A DNA stretch of 64,000 bases, from assembly GCF_000315625.1 (NCBI RefSeq), contig NW_005434592.1, positions 177,225-241,224 of the forward strand. Reading direction: 5' to 3'. This document shows, piece after piece, positions 17,491 to 31,319 of the stretch. A model generated the notes under the pieces. It searched no databases, was not told the origin of the DNA, and worked only from the letters and a program-made list of their open reading frames with translations. The translations under genes and the position numbers were made by a program. The stretch comes from Guillardia theta CCMP2712. Its lineage: Eukaryota > Protista > Cryptophyta. Within the stretch, counting starts at the first letter, position 1. Each line of letters starts with the position of its first letter.

Positions 17491-17937
17491 ATGTGTTCTG
17501 CAATGTCGATTCAGGTCCAAGACTTTTGCTTCATGTCCATAGATGCTTCTTTGGACTCTAAGCAGGATGAGTCTGACGGAATGAACTATGGCATCTTCTT
17601 CTTGGGAAGCGACTCCAGGAGCAACTATGATGGACATACTTCGAAGAATCAAACCTCACCAATGCTCCACGAGAAGACTTCTGGAAAGGTTGATCATAGC
17701 TCGGAGTCTCATGTGACCATCTCTCTATGTGAGGATATTTCCAATTTGCATGTGTCGTCATGCGCCGCACCCGAGCATTTCTTGACTTACAGTGCGAAAT
17801 ACTCCAAATATCGTCCATTTAGGATTCAATCCAGTGGAACTAAGGGAATTTTGCTTGGCAACGTCAGAAAGGCACTGGAAAAAACTGTTGCCTCAAAGAG
17901 AAGTTCCGTGGTGAAGGGAGGCAAACATGTTCACTAG
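17491..17937 (+). CDS. Hypothetical protein
   Basis: 148-aa ORF of non-repetitive composition; no recognised motif. Confidence 0.3.
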   Translation: MCSAMSIQVQDFCFMSIDASLDSKQDESDGMNYGIFFLGSDSRSNYDGHTSKNQTSPMLHEKTSGKVDHSSESHVTISLCEDISNLHVSSCAAPEHFLTYSAKYSKYRPFRIQSSGTKGILLGNVRKALEKTVASKRSSVVKGGKHVH

Positions 17938-18099
17938 AAAACTACATGACCTTCATTGTGATTCTCTGCCTTCCCATTTTTTCCTCCTTTCACACATGTA
18001 TATGTATCTGTCCTGTACAACTGAATTCAATAAATTGACAATTTGCTCTATATGTTCTTGATTTTTTGGATTCCACAATGGATGGGATGGGGAGGAAAT

Positions 18100-18490
18100 T
18101 GGTGACTCCGAGTCTCAGTGTAAGTCGACCTTCGTCCGACTGGCCGCCGGGCACCGTGCCACCGTGACGACGGGTCACCAGGTAGCAAAGATACTCAGCC
18201 TGCCAGCAGTGACTTGAGTCTCGCCTTGCCGCGCATTGCCACCGTGACAACCAGTGCGTACCATCACTCAGTGCCAGTGAGTCAGAAGGCTCTCATCGGA
18301 CTTGATCCGGGGGCCGGGGGGGCGGCGGCGAAATTCGACACGCATCCGACGCCGCCGGACCGTCGGATGAGGAACGACTCCGGGTCCCCCGGCCCGGTGC
18401 CGCCGAGTCCGGCGCCGGCCCCCGGGCGAGCGGCCGACGGCCCGCCCCGGCCGGCCGGGCCGCCCCGGGCCCGGGCCGTTGACAGCAAGT
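18100..18490. repeat. GC-rich micro-palindrome island
   Basis: Dense CCCGGG/GGGCCC/CGGCCG/GTGAC words. Confidence 0.6.
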
Positions 18491-18747
18491 TTAATGTTAA
18501 ACTTGAACAAATTTCTTATTGTTTTTACTAATTTGGCCTAAAACGAGGGCACGAGTACTTACATTCCCCTCATGATCGAAGCCATGAGAGATCTTTAGTT
18601 ACTGAAATTCTTGGGTAGTATAGAAAACAAGGAGGGGTTGTCTTTAGTTCCCTACACGGGGGTGGATTCACAATGTTTTTGTTTCGATCAGACGCAATTT
18701 CTTCTCGATATGGTTTTGAGAGGACTGAGGGAAGACAGAAAGCCGCG

Positions 18748-18848
18748 ATGAGGTAGAGATGGTAGAGATGGTAGAGATGGTAGAGATGGTAGAGATGGTA
18801 GAGATGGTAGATGAGGTAGAGTAGGTAGATGAGGTAGAGTAGGTAGAG
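18748..18848. repeat. 9-bp tandem repeat (GATGGTAGA)n
   Basis: Direct read. Confidence 0.9.
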
Positions 18849-19371
18849 ACAAGAGGGAGAAGAGTGAGAAGAGGGAGAGGAGAGGGAGAGGAGGGAGAGA
18901 GACACGGATGGAGTAGAGAGAAAATCTGAGGGAGGAAACATCCAGGGAGATTGAGCACAAGGCGAGTCAATAATAAGGATGAAGAATATCACGAAAGGAA
19001 GAAGCCCTCCACGGAGAGGGACTGCGCGATATGAGCGATGGGGAAGGGAAGGTCACTGGGTAGAGATGCGACGGAGAGGGAGGGAGTGGGAGAGGAGGGG
19101 TTGGATGAGCGAGGAGACAAAGATGACGAGAAACCAAGGGAAGGGATGAGAGGAAGGTTGGGAGGAGCAGAGTAGTCTCATAGAGACGGGGCGCAAGAAA
19201 AGGGGGGAGAGGGCAGGGACCTTGAGGGTGGAATTACTGATACCTCGATGCAGATTTGGAGATTTTCATTCCTTGATGGGGAAGAATTGAATCCGACTCT
19301 CCGATAGAACCGAGGACCTGAGCTGCTCTGTCGAACGCAAGTAGGCCAAGTCTATCGTAGGCTGATCGAGC

Positions 19372-20068
19372 ATGGACGGCTCTAAGGCCCTGAACTACAA
19401 CGTGGAGTGGATCAACGATCGGGGGACATGGTGGTTCTACCTGCTCATGCTGGGGCTGTCGCGCTGGTGCTGCTTCCTGCTGGGAGTCAACGAAGAGTGG
19501 GCCTGGTCCTTCGTCCTGATCAGCCACTCTATCATTACGTGAGGCCGAGCATGCATGGATCGCGCTGACTGAGCTGAAGGTTCTGGCTGGTGCATTGGAA
19601 GACTGGCTCGCTGCTGACATGGGAGGACGACTCGGGCAAGTATGATGGGATGACCTACTGGGAGCAGATCGACGATGGCGTCGAGAACACAGGAAACCGC
19701 AAGTTCCTGCGCATCGTTCCTCTAGTCCTGTGAGTGAGGAGGAGGGAGGGAGGAGTGGAGGGCAGCTAGTGGAAACAAGGAAGGAGAGGAGAGGAGGTGC
19801 TTGAGGAGGGAGGAGGGTTCATTCGCATCCTCCGCAGGTTCCTGCTGGCATACAGGTACTCGACTGGGTGGTTGACCTATGTCAACCTGTCGTTCACGCT
19901 GCTGGTGCTCGTGCCCAAGATTCGCTCCTTCCGGCAGCGAGCAAAGAGAAGGTGTGCTGCTGTCGTGTCGTTGCTGTGATGGCGCCTGAGGGATGCCTTA
20001 GCTCCGGGAGCTTCGAAGGAATCATCAAGCAAGCTGGTTTCCGCAGCACAAAGAGGTCAAGAAGATGA
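19372..20068 (+). CDS. ORMDL: ORM1/ORMDL family sphingolipid-synthesis regulator
   Basis: Spliced: LNYNVEWINDRGTWWFY..AW..FWLVHWKTGS..DDSGKYDGMTYWEQIDDGVENTGNRKFLRIVPLVLFLLA..VNL..LVLVPK. The stop is at 19979 or, with one more intron, 20068. Confidence 0.88.
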
Positions 20069-20339
20069 AGAGCAATGGTGTGGTCGATGACTGTTCTTCA
20101 CAGCAATCACAAGCGCGGGTCGAGCTGGGGGGGAGATAAGTGCGAGTAAGTAGCGCCTGTGTTAGGAGAAGCAGGAGCAAGAGCAGGAAGAGCAAGAGGA
20201 AGAAGAAGATTTGGTGATTGAGTGTGACATCAATTGATTGTTTATGCTATCGTGAAGTAAGGTTAAAATATCTCCTGAAGGAGCAGCTGTTGACTTTGAC
20301 TAAGTTAAAACTATCTAACAGTAACTGTACACAACAAGT

Positions 20340-23300
20340 TTAGAAGGAGGGGCGAGCAACAAAGAAGATTTCTCCTCCAAAGTTGTTGCCCTCTACGTTC
20401 CTCCCATCGTTGTTTCGTCCCGCTCTTATTGCAAGATTTCCCCCACTGCCCATCTGCTGCTTGTTACCTCCTTTGAATCCCAAGGGCTAGTGCAGCAGTC
20501 AGCATGACTGCCCCCACCTTTCTACCTCGTACCTGCCCTCGGATGCGCTGATCTACCTGAGCCTGCCAGGTTTCAGTGAGGAGAGCAGATGTAGATAAAG
20601 CGGATCCCGGATGATGGAGGAGGAAGAGGAGGAGGAGGAGGAGATAACGGGGAAGCAAGGATCAGATGGCACGAGAGCTGTATGTGCTGTTCTAGAGAAG
20701 GAGTAGACCACGACGACGAGTAGACAAAGAGGACGGGAGGGAGGAGGAAGAAGAACAAAAATGCAGCGAAGATTGAAAATCCACCTCCTTGTTCGATGAG
20801 CTGCTGCTGAAGTGATGCGGGGCTACTGACCGATCGAAGTGCTGATTAATAGCAAACCCCTTCCCCACATGTCACCAGGGCCTCCTCCTCCTCCTCCTCC
20901 TCCTCCTCCTCGAACTTACCTGCAGCTGAAGTCCCGAGCTGCCCAGCCCAAACTTGGACGCATCACGAGGAAGGGTATCTTTGTCCGGCGGGGGAGCGAG
21001 ACTTGACACTCGGCTGAAGATCCTCTTTTCTTCTGCGTTTCCTCTCACGTCATCTTTGTTAGAACTTGCGTTGTGCGCGGGAGCATGCGCGAGCTGCAGT
21101 TTTTTCCCTCTGTTGCTGTTGTTCATGTACAAGGGTTGCTGTGTGGGTGGGGGGATGAATCCGGGCGGGTTCTGAGAACTCAGCGATTAAACGGGGAGAG
21201 CGAGGAAGAGAAGGGAAAATGGACGGGAGAGGAAGAGAGGAATCGAGGGGAAAGGAGCTGGAGTGGGAAGAGGGAGGGAGGACCTCGTCTTGCTGCTTGC
21301 TCGGCTTATGAGGTATGATCCTGAAGCCTGTCACCCTGGAAGGAGGCTTGCCCGACGGCCTCCGGTTCCTGGCCTGCGAGTAGTCCGGCGAGGAGGTCGG
21401 GCGGGCATGCGGCGGGTCTTCGCCATTCTTCGCGCCCTCGCCTGCATTTTCCAACTGGATATGCTGCTGGAGCCATCCAGTGAGGTCGTCGACGGCGGTG
21501 AAGGCCAGCGGCATCCCTCCCTAAGCAAGCCCAGTCACGTCAAGAGAGGTCGAGGGGCCAGGACGAGTCTTACCCCGTGGTGACTGACGTCCTCCGGCGA
21601 GTCTCGCTCCGAGTCTCTGCTGCTCCTCAGCTCGTCGAGCTCAGAGTCCCAGGACGTCACGATGTCGCTCGGTCTCATCGTCTTGCTCTTGGAAGTGCCC
21701 CAGAGAGGTCCCCGCAACGGGCCCTGCGGCAGCCGCATGACTGTGTGTGAGCAGAGAGGCTGCTCTCCTCACCTCCTGGATCGCCGGCGCCAAGAAGTCC
21801 AGCAGCTCCGTTGAGCTTCGATTCTGTGAAAAGGTCAGCAGTGCTCCACCCTCCCAGCAGCATCCTCCCAGCAGCACCCTCCCAGCAGCATCCCTCCATT
21901 CTCCCAGGTTCTCTCCATCACCTGGCCCTTGGGACTGCCAGACGTCGAAGGGGTGGAAGGAGCGGAGGTAGGACGCATGTCCCGATGAAAGGGCTGGATC
22001 CCTTGCCCCGACCTTGCGTCCTGCGAGGCCGCAAAATGCGGCTGATCGTTGGGGTTCTGCAATGAAGCCGTTCACGATGAGGGCTGGATGAGTCGAAGCG
22101 AATTCTTACGAGTTTAGCGTTGGGCGATGGGTGGGGAGTACCGCCATACAGCGTTCGGAACTTTCCAGTGACGAATCCGTTGTTGGTGGCCCAGTCCCAC
22201 CAGATAGGCTGGAAATCTTTTAGAAGGTGTACACGCAACTTGAGCGAGTTCAGCCACCTGGTGGCTGTTCCGCCGCTTGTCTTCACCGTTGGATTTCCCG
22301 AAATGATCCGCAACCATGGTCTTGGCGCTGGTCTCCGCCTACCAGGCAGTCAGCGAGCGACAAGGCTCAGTTTGCTTCCTCACCTGACTCTTTGCCGAGG
22401 ATTCTGTTGTTGTCCCCGTGTGGTTGACAAGCTGACTCATCATCTGCTCTGTCGACGGTCGCTCCGTTGGATTCTGCGCAGGGAGGGTCAGCCAACATGC
22501 ACAGCAGACGACGATTCTGACTTGTCTCAAGCACGACCCCAGCAGGTCTTGAACAAACGCGCTGTAACGGCTCGGCAACGGCGCATACTCCCCCATAAGA
22601 ATCTTCTTGATCACTGCCCCGTGGTTGCCAGCATGGAAGGGAAGCCTCCCTTGGGAGCAGATCTCGTACAGCAAAACTCCACACGCCCATACGTCAGACT
22701 TGGCGTCGTAGGGTTGACCATTGCAAAGCTCAGGCGACAGGTACAGCGGGGTTCCTACCACAGAGACTGCCATTGGCTGAGCTGTGTTGAGCCTCTTTGC
22801 TACCCCAAAGTCTCCGAGCTAACATGTGGGATCAGGACAGGAAAGGGAGGCAGAGGAGGGAGGAGGGGAAGGAGGCAGGAAGGGGATGCAAGGAAGGAGG
22901 GAGAGTGAGACAGGTGCAAGCTGGGATTGAGAGCGGGTGCGAGATGATACTAACTTTTGGTATGTGTTGCTCGCCGATGAAGATGTTGTCAGACTTGAGA
23001 TCTCTGTGCAAGATCTTCTTTTGGTGGAGGTATGTGAGGCCCTGGAAAGCCAGGTCAGTCCATCCCTCATGGCAGTCGTCAAGTCACGTTGATGATGTTC
23101 TGGAAGATCCACATCGCATTCTCCTCGGGTAGAGCAGCGGGCATCGTGCTCAAGTTTTGTTTCAGAGTTCCGTAGGGCGCGTACTCCATCACCTTGGTGC
23201 ACAACTGTGACTATGGTGTCATGTTATGTTCAAACTCACAATGTGGAGCATCTCGTCGTCGATGTAATCTTCGTAGAACTTGATGACGTTCGGGTGAGAG

Positions 23301-23529
23301 AGCGAGGACAACAACCCGGACTCGCTGGATGCAGAGCCGTCAGACTGAGCCTTTGCCAATATGAGCAGGAAAAATACCTGATTGCACTGTCAAGCTCCTC
23401 CTGCGCTACAAACGACAGGTCGATCTGTTTGATAACAAAGATATGTCCTTGTTTGTCCTTGATCTTCCTGCAGACTCCACTTGCTCCCCGTCCTAGGACC
23501 TCCAAGAACTCGTAGTCGTTTCTTCCCAT
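20340..23529 (-). CDS. NIMA-related (NEK) Ser/Thr kinase with long C-terminal extension
   Basis: YEFLEVLGRGASG, VIKQIDL, LSHPNVIKFYE, ILHRDLKSDNIF, LGDFGVAKRL, VVGTPLYLSPELCNGQPYDAKSDVWACG. The C-terminal exons are tentative. Confidence 0.88.
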
Positions 23530-24643
23530 GCTCAACCTGGCGGCACGCTATCAGGGGGTTTATTCAACGGACGCTTGCCAAGTGGAAGCAGACGGAGGTG
23601 CGTATGCACAGCAAACAAGCAAGCAAAGTCATTGAGCGCACATGCCATCAAACTCATTTGAGACCATCGCATGGATGTGGCAGTAGGATTCTTGCAGCTT
23701 AATTTCAGACCGCAACGCAGAACAAACGGTTTGTTTGTAAACAGCAACCATTATCATAGCCCACAATCGCACATGAGATCAGTATGAATGGTTCAGATCC
23801 CACGATTGACCACAAAATGGTTCATATTTCAAGCAGGGTGTTGCAAACCAATCCAACGAATACTCGCGAACAACAAGACGGAAACAACTCAGATAATACA
23901 GCAGACTTACCCCGATATTATCCCGCCTCTCTTGGTCAAGATTGCATGGCAGCAGCAAAGCGTGATGATCTGTTACTATGAACAACTTCGCGTTCAAATC
24001 TGCCCATCTCTTGTCCTGCTACTCACCCTCCCCCTTCTCCCTCGTCCTTTCCCTCATACTCCATCCCAGCCATTGTCGTGGGTCCAATGTTATAAATGTA
24101 GTTGTAAGTTCTAAAACTTTGGTTGTTGGAATTAAAAATGTTTTTGAAGCTATGATCACAGAGATTTACAACAGAAAACGAACCCATGGCAGTAAAGAAA
24201 AAATAAAATACATATATATACAACTGATATCTTGGTACACAGACTTCAAATGTAACTCAAATTTGTACCAAAGTACCGAAATGGATTTATTAAAAAAAAG
24301 GTTTGTGCTACTTTAGAATTATATAACTATTTTTACAAACAAGCTTTTTTGTTTCCATGGTGTACAATTTGTGTATTTGGTTCCTGATAGTTTCAAGTTT
24401 AGGCGAGTATTTTCGATTTATCAGCTCAACATGTACTCCAAAACTTGCGTACAATCAAAAATAAATCCGGACCCAGAATTTAAAATACATTTTTAATTCT
24501 CAGTCCCGTGCTGTGCGGTTCGTGGAGCCGGGCCCGGTAAAGCTTAATTTATATTAAGGTGCATCTTAATTGGAATTTGAGGATTAAGGAGACAGGAGAT
24601 AAAAAAAATCGCTCGTGCTGGAAGGCCTCGTGCCTCCCCCGCC

Positions 24644-26033
24644 ATGCCGCCCAAGCGATCGGTATCACGCGCGAAGAAGATCAAGAATGTCGCCCTCAAG
24701 CGCGTCAAGGTGAGCTTTCTCCTTGCTCTTCTCTTCTTCCCCCTGCGTGTGGCTTGAGCTCCCAGACGAGTTGAGATGTGCGATGTTGGTGAGGGCGAAC
24801 GGCCGGGTGCGTGATGGCAACGTACCGGCGTTTGGGTCAAATGGCTGAAAGCATGAGAGATCCAGCAGTGGCTTTGATATTGACAGGAAGAAAAAACAAT
24901 TTGGCAATTTCAGTGGTTCTGAGTTGTTGTTCTGAGTATTCAGTGAGCCAGACATCGTGATTCAAGATGTGACGTTGGTTTGACACATGATTGAAGGACT
25001 ATGTAAATGTGGAAGATGTCGAATGATTAATAGTTAGTCTGTTGATATTTGCTGTGTAATTCGGGTTTATCTTTATCGAATGGCCTTCCTGGTGTTAGAA
25101 AGAGTTTTGTCTTGCAGCTTGTTGGAACAGTTACCAGTAATAGTTCATTTGCCTGTATCGTATGCTAACGTATGTATGCCGTGTTTCCTTTGTGTTCTTT
25201 GATGTTCCAGTCTCATCGTCATCTCCTTGACTATATGAAACTCCTGTACCATACCGATATTGATATTTATCTAGATCGGCAAGAAGGCGCATGCCCCCTC
25301 TGCGCCTGTTGGACGCAGCGCTTCGTATCACCGCTCCGGCAAGTGGGCTGTGAAGGCCAAGAACGGCGGAAAGTTCCCTGTGCACCCTAAGCAGAAGAAG
25401 GAGGAGGAGAAGAAGACTGCTTGCCGTTACTACCCTGCTGAGGACATCCCCCAGCCCTTGAGAAGACGCAACGTCAACAAGGCTGCCAAGCTCAAGGCCA
25501 ACTATGCTCCTGGAACTATTCTTATTCTTCTCTCCGGACGGTAAGACCTTCTGCCGATTCATTGTTGTTCTCATTCCTTCCTTGCAGCTTCCGCGGAAGA
25601 CGTGTTGTGTTCCTGAAGCAGCTCGAGAAGTCAGGCCTGCTCCTTGTCACTGGTCCTTACAAGTACAACGGCGTTCCTCTTCGCCGCGTCAACCAGGCCT
25701 ACTGCATCGCCACCTCTGCTAGCGTGTCTCTCGATGGAGTGAACTTGGACAAGTTCAACGACCAGTACTTCGAGAAGGTCAAGACCGCCAAGCCCAAGAA
25801 CGCTGATGGATTTTTTGCTACTGATGATGCCAAGAAAGAACTTAGCCCTGAGCGCAAAGCCGACCAGAAAACTGTAGACACTCCGGTGAGATCATGTTGA
25901 GACGAGATGTGGGCCGGTCTGACGTGCCTTGCAGATCATCGCGGCCATGAAGAAGACGGAATTCTTGAAGCCCTATGTCAGCTCTCGCTTCACGCTCTCC
26001 AAGGGCCAGGCTCCACACACGATGGTATTTTAG
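24644..26033 (+). CDS. RPL6: 60S ribosomal protein L6 (eL6)
   Basis: [83 protein letters not shown]; 4 exons. Confidence 0.96.
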
Positions 26034-26189
26034 ATCTTAGAAGGGGAATGAAAAGGAAGTAAACCGTCTCTCGGTTTAGTCTCAGCACTATCATCCCAAG
26101 GTCCTCCTTTTACGATTATCATTCTTAACTGGTAAGTTGTCGCACTTCTCGCCCCGTGTCAGGTGTAAGTTATCGAGCTAGTCTCCCCA

Positions 26190-29100
26190 TTACCCTGCAA
26201 CCTCGTCACCGAATGTCGTGTGAAGGTGGGCAAATACCTGATATCCCCCGTACGTCACCGTAGGGTCTCGCAAGTGAGCAGACAGACGGTGGTAGTCCAA
26301 GTCTCTTGCGGGATCAGGTCGAACTCTGACCTTGTCCTGCGTTCTCTTGACGAACTCTTCAAAGTCATCGTCCTCCGTCTGATCACACACGGACGCTCCT
26401 CTCTCCCCCTCCGGCTCGGAGGCTTCAGGGGTCACGTTGACACTCGCAGGATGATGTGGCACCTCGCCGCTCCTCCCGGGGGACCCGTGACTCCCCCCCC
26501 CCTCCTCCTCCTCCTGCTTCTGAATCCATGGCCTTCGGGTGAGGGAGAGTTCAGTTGGGACCTTGACGGATCCTCTCCTCGACTCCTCCGGCACAATGAG
26601 AGCAGTCAGGTGCGATCCCTGGGGGAAGCAGGTCAGAGGAGGAAGGGGAACGGAGCATCGACCTCGGGCCCTTGGAGGAGGCGGCGGAACTGCTGGCTGG
26701 ACAGATCTACCACTGGAGTGTCGTCGATGGCTATGATCAGATCTCCCAGCTTCAGCTGCGGGCTGCTCCCTCCGTCCACCTCAGCCACGGCAAAACCTCC
26801 TCCGCTCTTGGCAAAGATCACTCCTGTCATGCGCGTCAGCCCCCGCGCCCCTTCGCCTCGCGGCGCACCTAGCCCACAGTCCTTCTTGAGCTCTTGCGCA
26901 TGCTTGTGCTCAAAGCTGGTTCTAAGCCGAGCAAGCTCTTGCTCCAAGTCCACGTTCTTCATCTCGACTTTCCTCTGCCTCATGCCAGCTGCGTAGAGCT
27001 CGTCTTCGGTGGCTTTGAGGCGCTCCTGCAACTCTTTGATGGTGTTCTCGAGGGCCTTGGCGCTTGACATCTTATCGAGCTGCGAGGAGATCTGAGCCTC
27101 TTGCAGCATCACTATCTGGTCGTTGAGCTGCGAGATGATCCCCTCGTCCTGCTTCCCCTTGGCCGTGAGGACGTTGCAAGCTTCTATCGCTCTCCTCGCC
27201 GTCTCCTTGGCCTCCTGCAGCTCTCGGTTCTGATCCTTGGACCGTTCGTCCATGAGCTGCATCTCACATCAGCAGCAGTCAACCGGCATCGCTGTCACAG
27301 CACCTTCCGCTCGTTCTCGACATCCTCGTACTCCTTCTTGAGCTCTTCGATGAGCTTGAACTTGGACAGCAGCTCCTTGCTCCTCTCTCGAATCTCCTCC
27401 AGCTCGTGATCCTTCTTCTCCAGCTCCCTCAGAAGAGCTACCCTATCTTCCTCTTGCGCTTTATGAGAAGCTCTCACGAGGTCAAGGTTCGAATGCAGTT
27501 GTCCCCTTGCTTCTTCAAGCATCCTGCAGGAAGGAGCTCAACGAGGTTATCAAGGAGGTTGACATGCACAGACCAGAGCTTCTGTTCGAGATCATACTTG
27601 TCGTTCTCGAGTTTTGACATCTTGGTTGTCAGGTTCTTTTCTCTCTCATCCAGAGCGATTCGCCGTGACTGCTCGATCTCAAGTGCGTTGGTTGTCTCTA
27701 CCAGCAACCGCTGGGCCTCGTCGATCTCCGACGTCTACAGGGAGGATCACAGTCGGAGCATGCAGCACATGGAGCAACAGCGGCAGCTCACCTGCTCCTT
27801 CAACGTGATGAGAGCACTGGCATGCTCATGCCTCAACTTGCTCAGTTGTGAGGAGATGAGCTCGTGGTCTTGCCGCAGGTACTCGTGCTTGTTCTCCAGG
27901 GATCGCAGGCCCTCTTGTGCTACAGTCAGTTGCTGACGAACTTCTCGCTCGCGAGCCTCGGCCGATATCTTCTTGGCCTTGTCATCTTCGATCTCGGCGC
28001 TGAGTTGTGAAATCCTGGCGTGGAGGGAGAGGATTTCGTTGGACTGCAGAGCCTTCTCTTCTGTCAGGACCTTCTGCTGCTCCCCGATCTCCTTGTACTC
28101 CTGGCTGAGCTTGGAGAGGTCTGACTTGTGCCGCAGCACCTCTGCCTCAGAGTCCTTCAGCCTCGCGTGCAGGTCGTCGATGCGGGTCATGAGCGTGGCT
28201 ATCTGGCTCTCATGCAGCTCGTTCTCGGCCTGGGACAGGTCACTCGAGGGCCCAGCACAAGCAGAGCTGCACCTTGACGTTCTCCATCTCCTCCTCCTTG
28301 TGCTGCAAGCGGCTCCTCAGCAGCTGGTTCTCGCTATCTGTAGCAGCGAGCTTGGCCGAGGCATCCTCGCAGCTCGCGCGCAAGAAAGAGAGTTGAGAGT
28401 CGAGGTCTTGTCTGGTCTTGTCGTGACTTCGAGTTTCTGTCTTGAGCTCGTAGTTTTCCTTCTCAAGCTTGGAATAATCTTCTCGCAGCCGATTGAACTC
28501 CACAAGATCCTGCGGGTTCGTCAGGGCGGAGCTGCTAATAGCCATGGGGTCTGACCTGCTTCCGTCGGGACTCGAGCAGCCACAGCCGCGAGTCAAGCTC
28601 TCGCCTGCTCTCCTCGCTCTCTAAAAGAGCATTCTGCATCTTCTTCTCCCTCTCTTCCTGATTCTGCCTCCACATCCGATACTTCTCGGTCTCAGAGCTT
28701 GCACTCTCAGCGTCCTGTCCACGGCACGTCACCAAAGTTCGCACAGCACTGACGAGGTTACAAGGGAGAGGTCTTCGAGCTTGGACCGCAGGGTCTGTAA
28801 CTCAGTCTTGTCAATCTTCCTTTGAGTATTGAGGTTTGCAATCTCTCCTACACCAGAGGTCAGGCTACCCAATTGACTTACGGTCGCTCGGCCGAACCTT
28901 TGGCCTTATCCATCTCCTTCTCGAGCATGTCATTCAGTGCTCTCAGTCGTTTCATCTCTGCTGAGAACTTCTCGCTGCCGTATCGTCTCAGTGGTGAGTG
29001 CGGGAGGGTCAGTCGGCACCTCTGGACGGCAAGAGCTCGTTCAGAGTCCTCCAGCTTCTCGAGCTGAGCGTTCTTAGAGTTGACCTGCTCCTGCAGCGCG

Positions 29101-31319
29101 TTGCACTTGCGAGAAAGAGTCTCGACCTCCAGCTTTAGCTTCTTATTGCTCGTCTCAGCCGCCTTGATCTGATCTTGCCACTTGTTGCTACACCACTCTC
29201 GTGAGTCCTCGAAAGTCAAAGGACAAGACAGGACAAGCCAAGACACGATACTTTCAGAAAAGACAAGATCGGGAAAGACCAGACCTCCAGGTGGAGTACT
29301 CCTTGGTCTTGTCCTTGTACTCTCTCTCCCTCAGAGCGAGCTTGTTGGACAGCTCTTCTACTTTTGCGTTGGAGTCCGCGAGCTACCGGAGTCATCCGCG
29401 AACGCTCAAGGGTCTAAGATTTACCTGGCTCTTGGCGCTTGACAGAGAGGAACGCAAGTGCTGGATCTCGGAGGAGTTGTGGGACTCGATGTTCTGCCGC
29501 CTTGACGTCTCTGTGGCCCCGTCAGCTCCTGCTGGTCGAGGACCGAGGAGAGGACGAGAACCTTCCTTGAGCTTGTGATTTGACTCCACCAGCACCGCGA
29601 TCCTTGACCTCGTGTCCTGAAGCTGAGAAATGACAGTCAACCCGTAGGAAAGAGAGGCAACGAAATAGCCGACTTTCATCTGGAGGTCTTTGATGGCAGC
29701 CTTGGAAAGAGAATACGTCACAAGTGAAAACGACAGACAAACATGATAGAAACAAGTTGCAAGACGAGGCTATTTTACATGATTGTTTGCCTCCTCGCTC
29801 TTCAGCCTTTCGATTTCTTTTGCGCCCTCCTGGATATCAGGAACTGAGATACGCTCTTGTTCAACTTACAGCACCTGATTCTTGCTGTCTTGTCGAGCTG
29901 ACTCTTCCCTGCTCGAAGCAACTAGTTTCTCTAGTTTGCGAATTTCCTCTTTCATCTCTTCATTCTTCTGGTGCTCATCATACCATTCCTGATATCTGCA
30001 TTCTGTGTCAAGTGAGTCTATGTAGCAGAGATCTTAGAAACCTTATTCTCTCTCTTTCCATCGCCTCCTTCTTGAGAGTTTCTTCATGCTGACGATTTTG
30101 TTCCTCAATTCTTTTCATTTCTTCTTCTTGGTGAAACTGCAGTACATCAGCTATCAGGTGCTGCAAGCGTTGTCATTCACAGCACCCTAATCTTTGCCTC
30201 ATTCAGGTCAAGCCGACATGTTGTAAGCTCGTTCTTCAGGGTCTCAATCTCGCTTGTCAGCATCAAGATTTGTTCGTTCTTCTTTTTTTCCAGGACCTGT
30301 GCCAACGTCAGGGGAAACGACGTCAACGTCCTTCCTCACTGAGTAGGGGTCAGCGGAACTTTTGTTGGTGTTCAGAGACAGCTCAGCAGGAGTCGCTCCA
30401 TCCTCGCCGACGTCGATGGGAGCTGTAGCCTTGTTCCGGATCTGCCATGCCAACTGTCATCTGCCGTGAGCCTGGAAGGCCTCTTACGCTGAAGGGAGTC
30501 GGCCAGGGGCTGGAGAGGTTCTTCTTGCTGGGCTGAGGTCAGAGGAGCACCTGGAGGCAAGACCGGGAACCTGCTGCGCTGCAGCTCCAAGAGGGAGATC
30601 TCACTGGCGTTCAACTCTTCCTGCTGCTGCATCGACTCGAAATCATCGTCGGTGAAGTCGAACCCTGCTCGTCGTCGTCAGTGATTCTCCAAGATGAGCA
30701 GACACGGTCGTTGCCGTTGCCGTCTGACGACTCTCGGTTGACGTTGATCTCGAAGACAAACTTTCTTCCCGTCTTGAGGTCCAGCCGCTCAAATCCGAGT
30801 CGAACAATCGTACCAGGACTGCCGAAGACCTTGAGAGCAGAGGTCAGCAAAGCAAAGGAAGAAGCTGCTCTACCATATCTCGAACTGTTTCAATGTCGTC
30901 CTTGTCAAGTCTCGATCCAGACACGCGGGACAACACATCCCCGGCCTTCACCATCCCGTTGCTGATGAAGATGTCAAACCTGAGGTAGACGCAGCCGCAT
31001 CTTACATCGCAACGGGTCCATCCTTGATGATACTCTGGACCACTAACTCTCCTTTCTTGGCGTGCAGGACAAGTCCAACTGCAAGTGAGGTCAAGACTGA
31101 GGGCAACAACAGCAGACTTGAACCTCCGCCTATCCCTGAGAGGTCAACAGTCGCCAGCTTCTCATCGCTCTCGAGCGAGAGGTCCTCCCCTCTGACGCGA
31201 GTCTCCCTTGCCTGCTTCTGGTCAGATCAACTCACCCCAGCAGCTCAAGTCACCATGCTTGCTCGAGCAGCTCCGACCCTCCTGGTCTGTGTGGAGCGAC
31301 GAAGCAACTTCGACGCCAT
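26190..31319 (-). CDS. Large coiled-coil protein with N- and C-terminal PDZ-like domains
   Basis: N-terminal GIGGVGLVLHAKKGELVVQSIIKDGPVA..VFGSPGTIVRLGFER; many heptad-rich E/K/L/Q exons; C-terminal GVIFAKSGGGFAVAEVDGG..LKLGDLIIAIDDTPV..FRRLLQGPE. Confidence 0.75.

Noticed and set aside
23760-24500. AT-rich stretch with short ORFs, possible organellar or viral insert
   Set aside because: No recognisable homology; consistent with the promoter region between NEK and RPL6.
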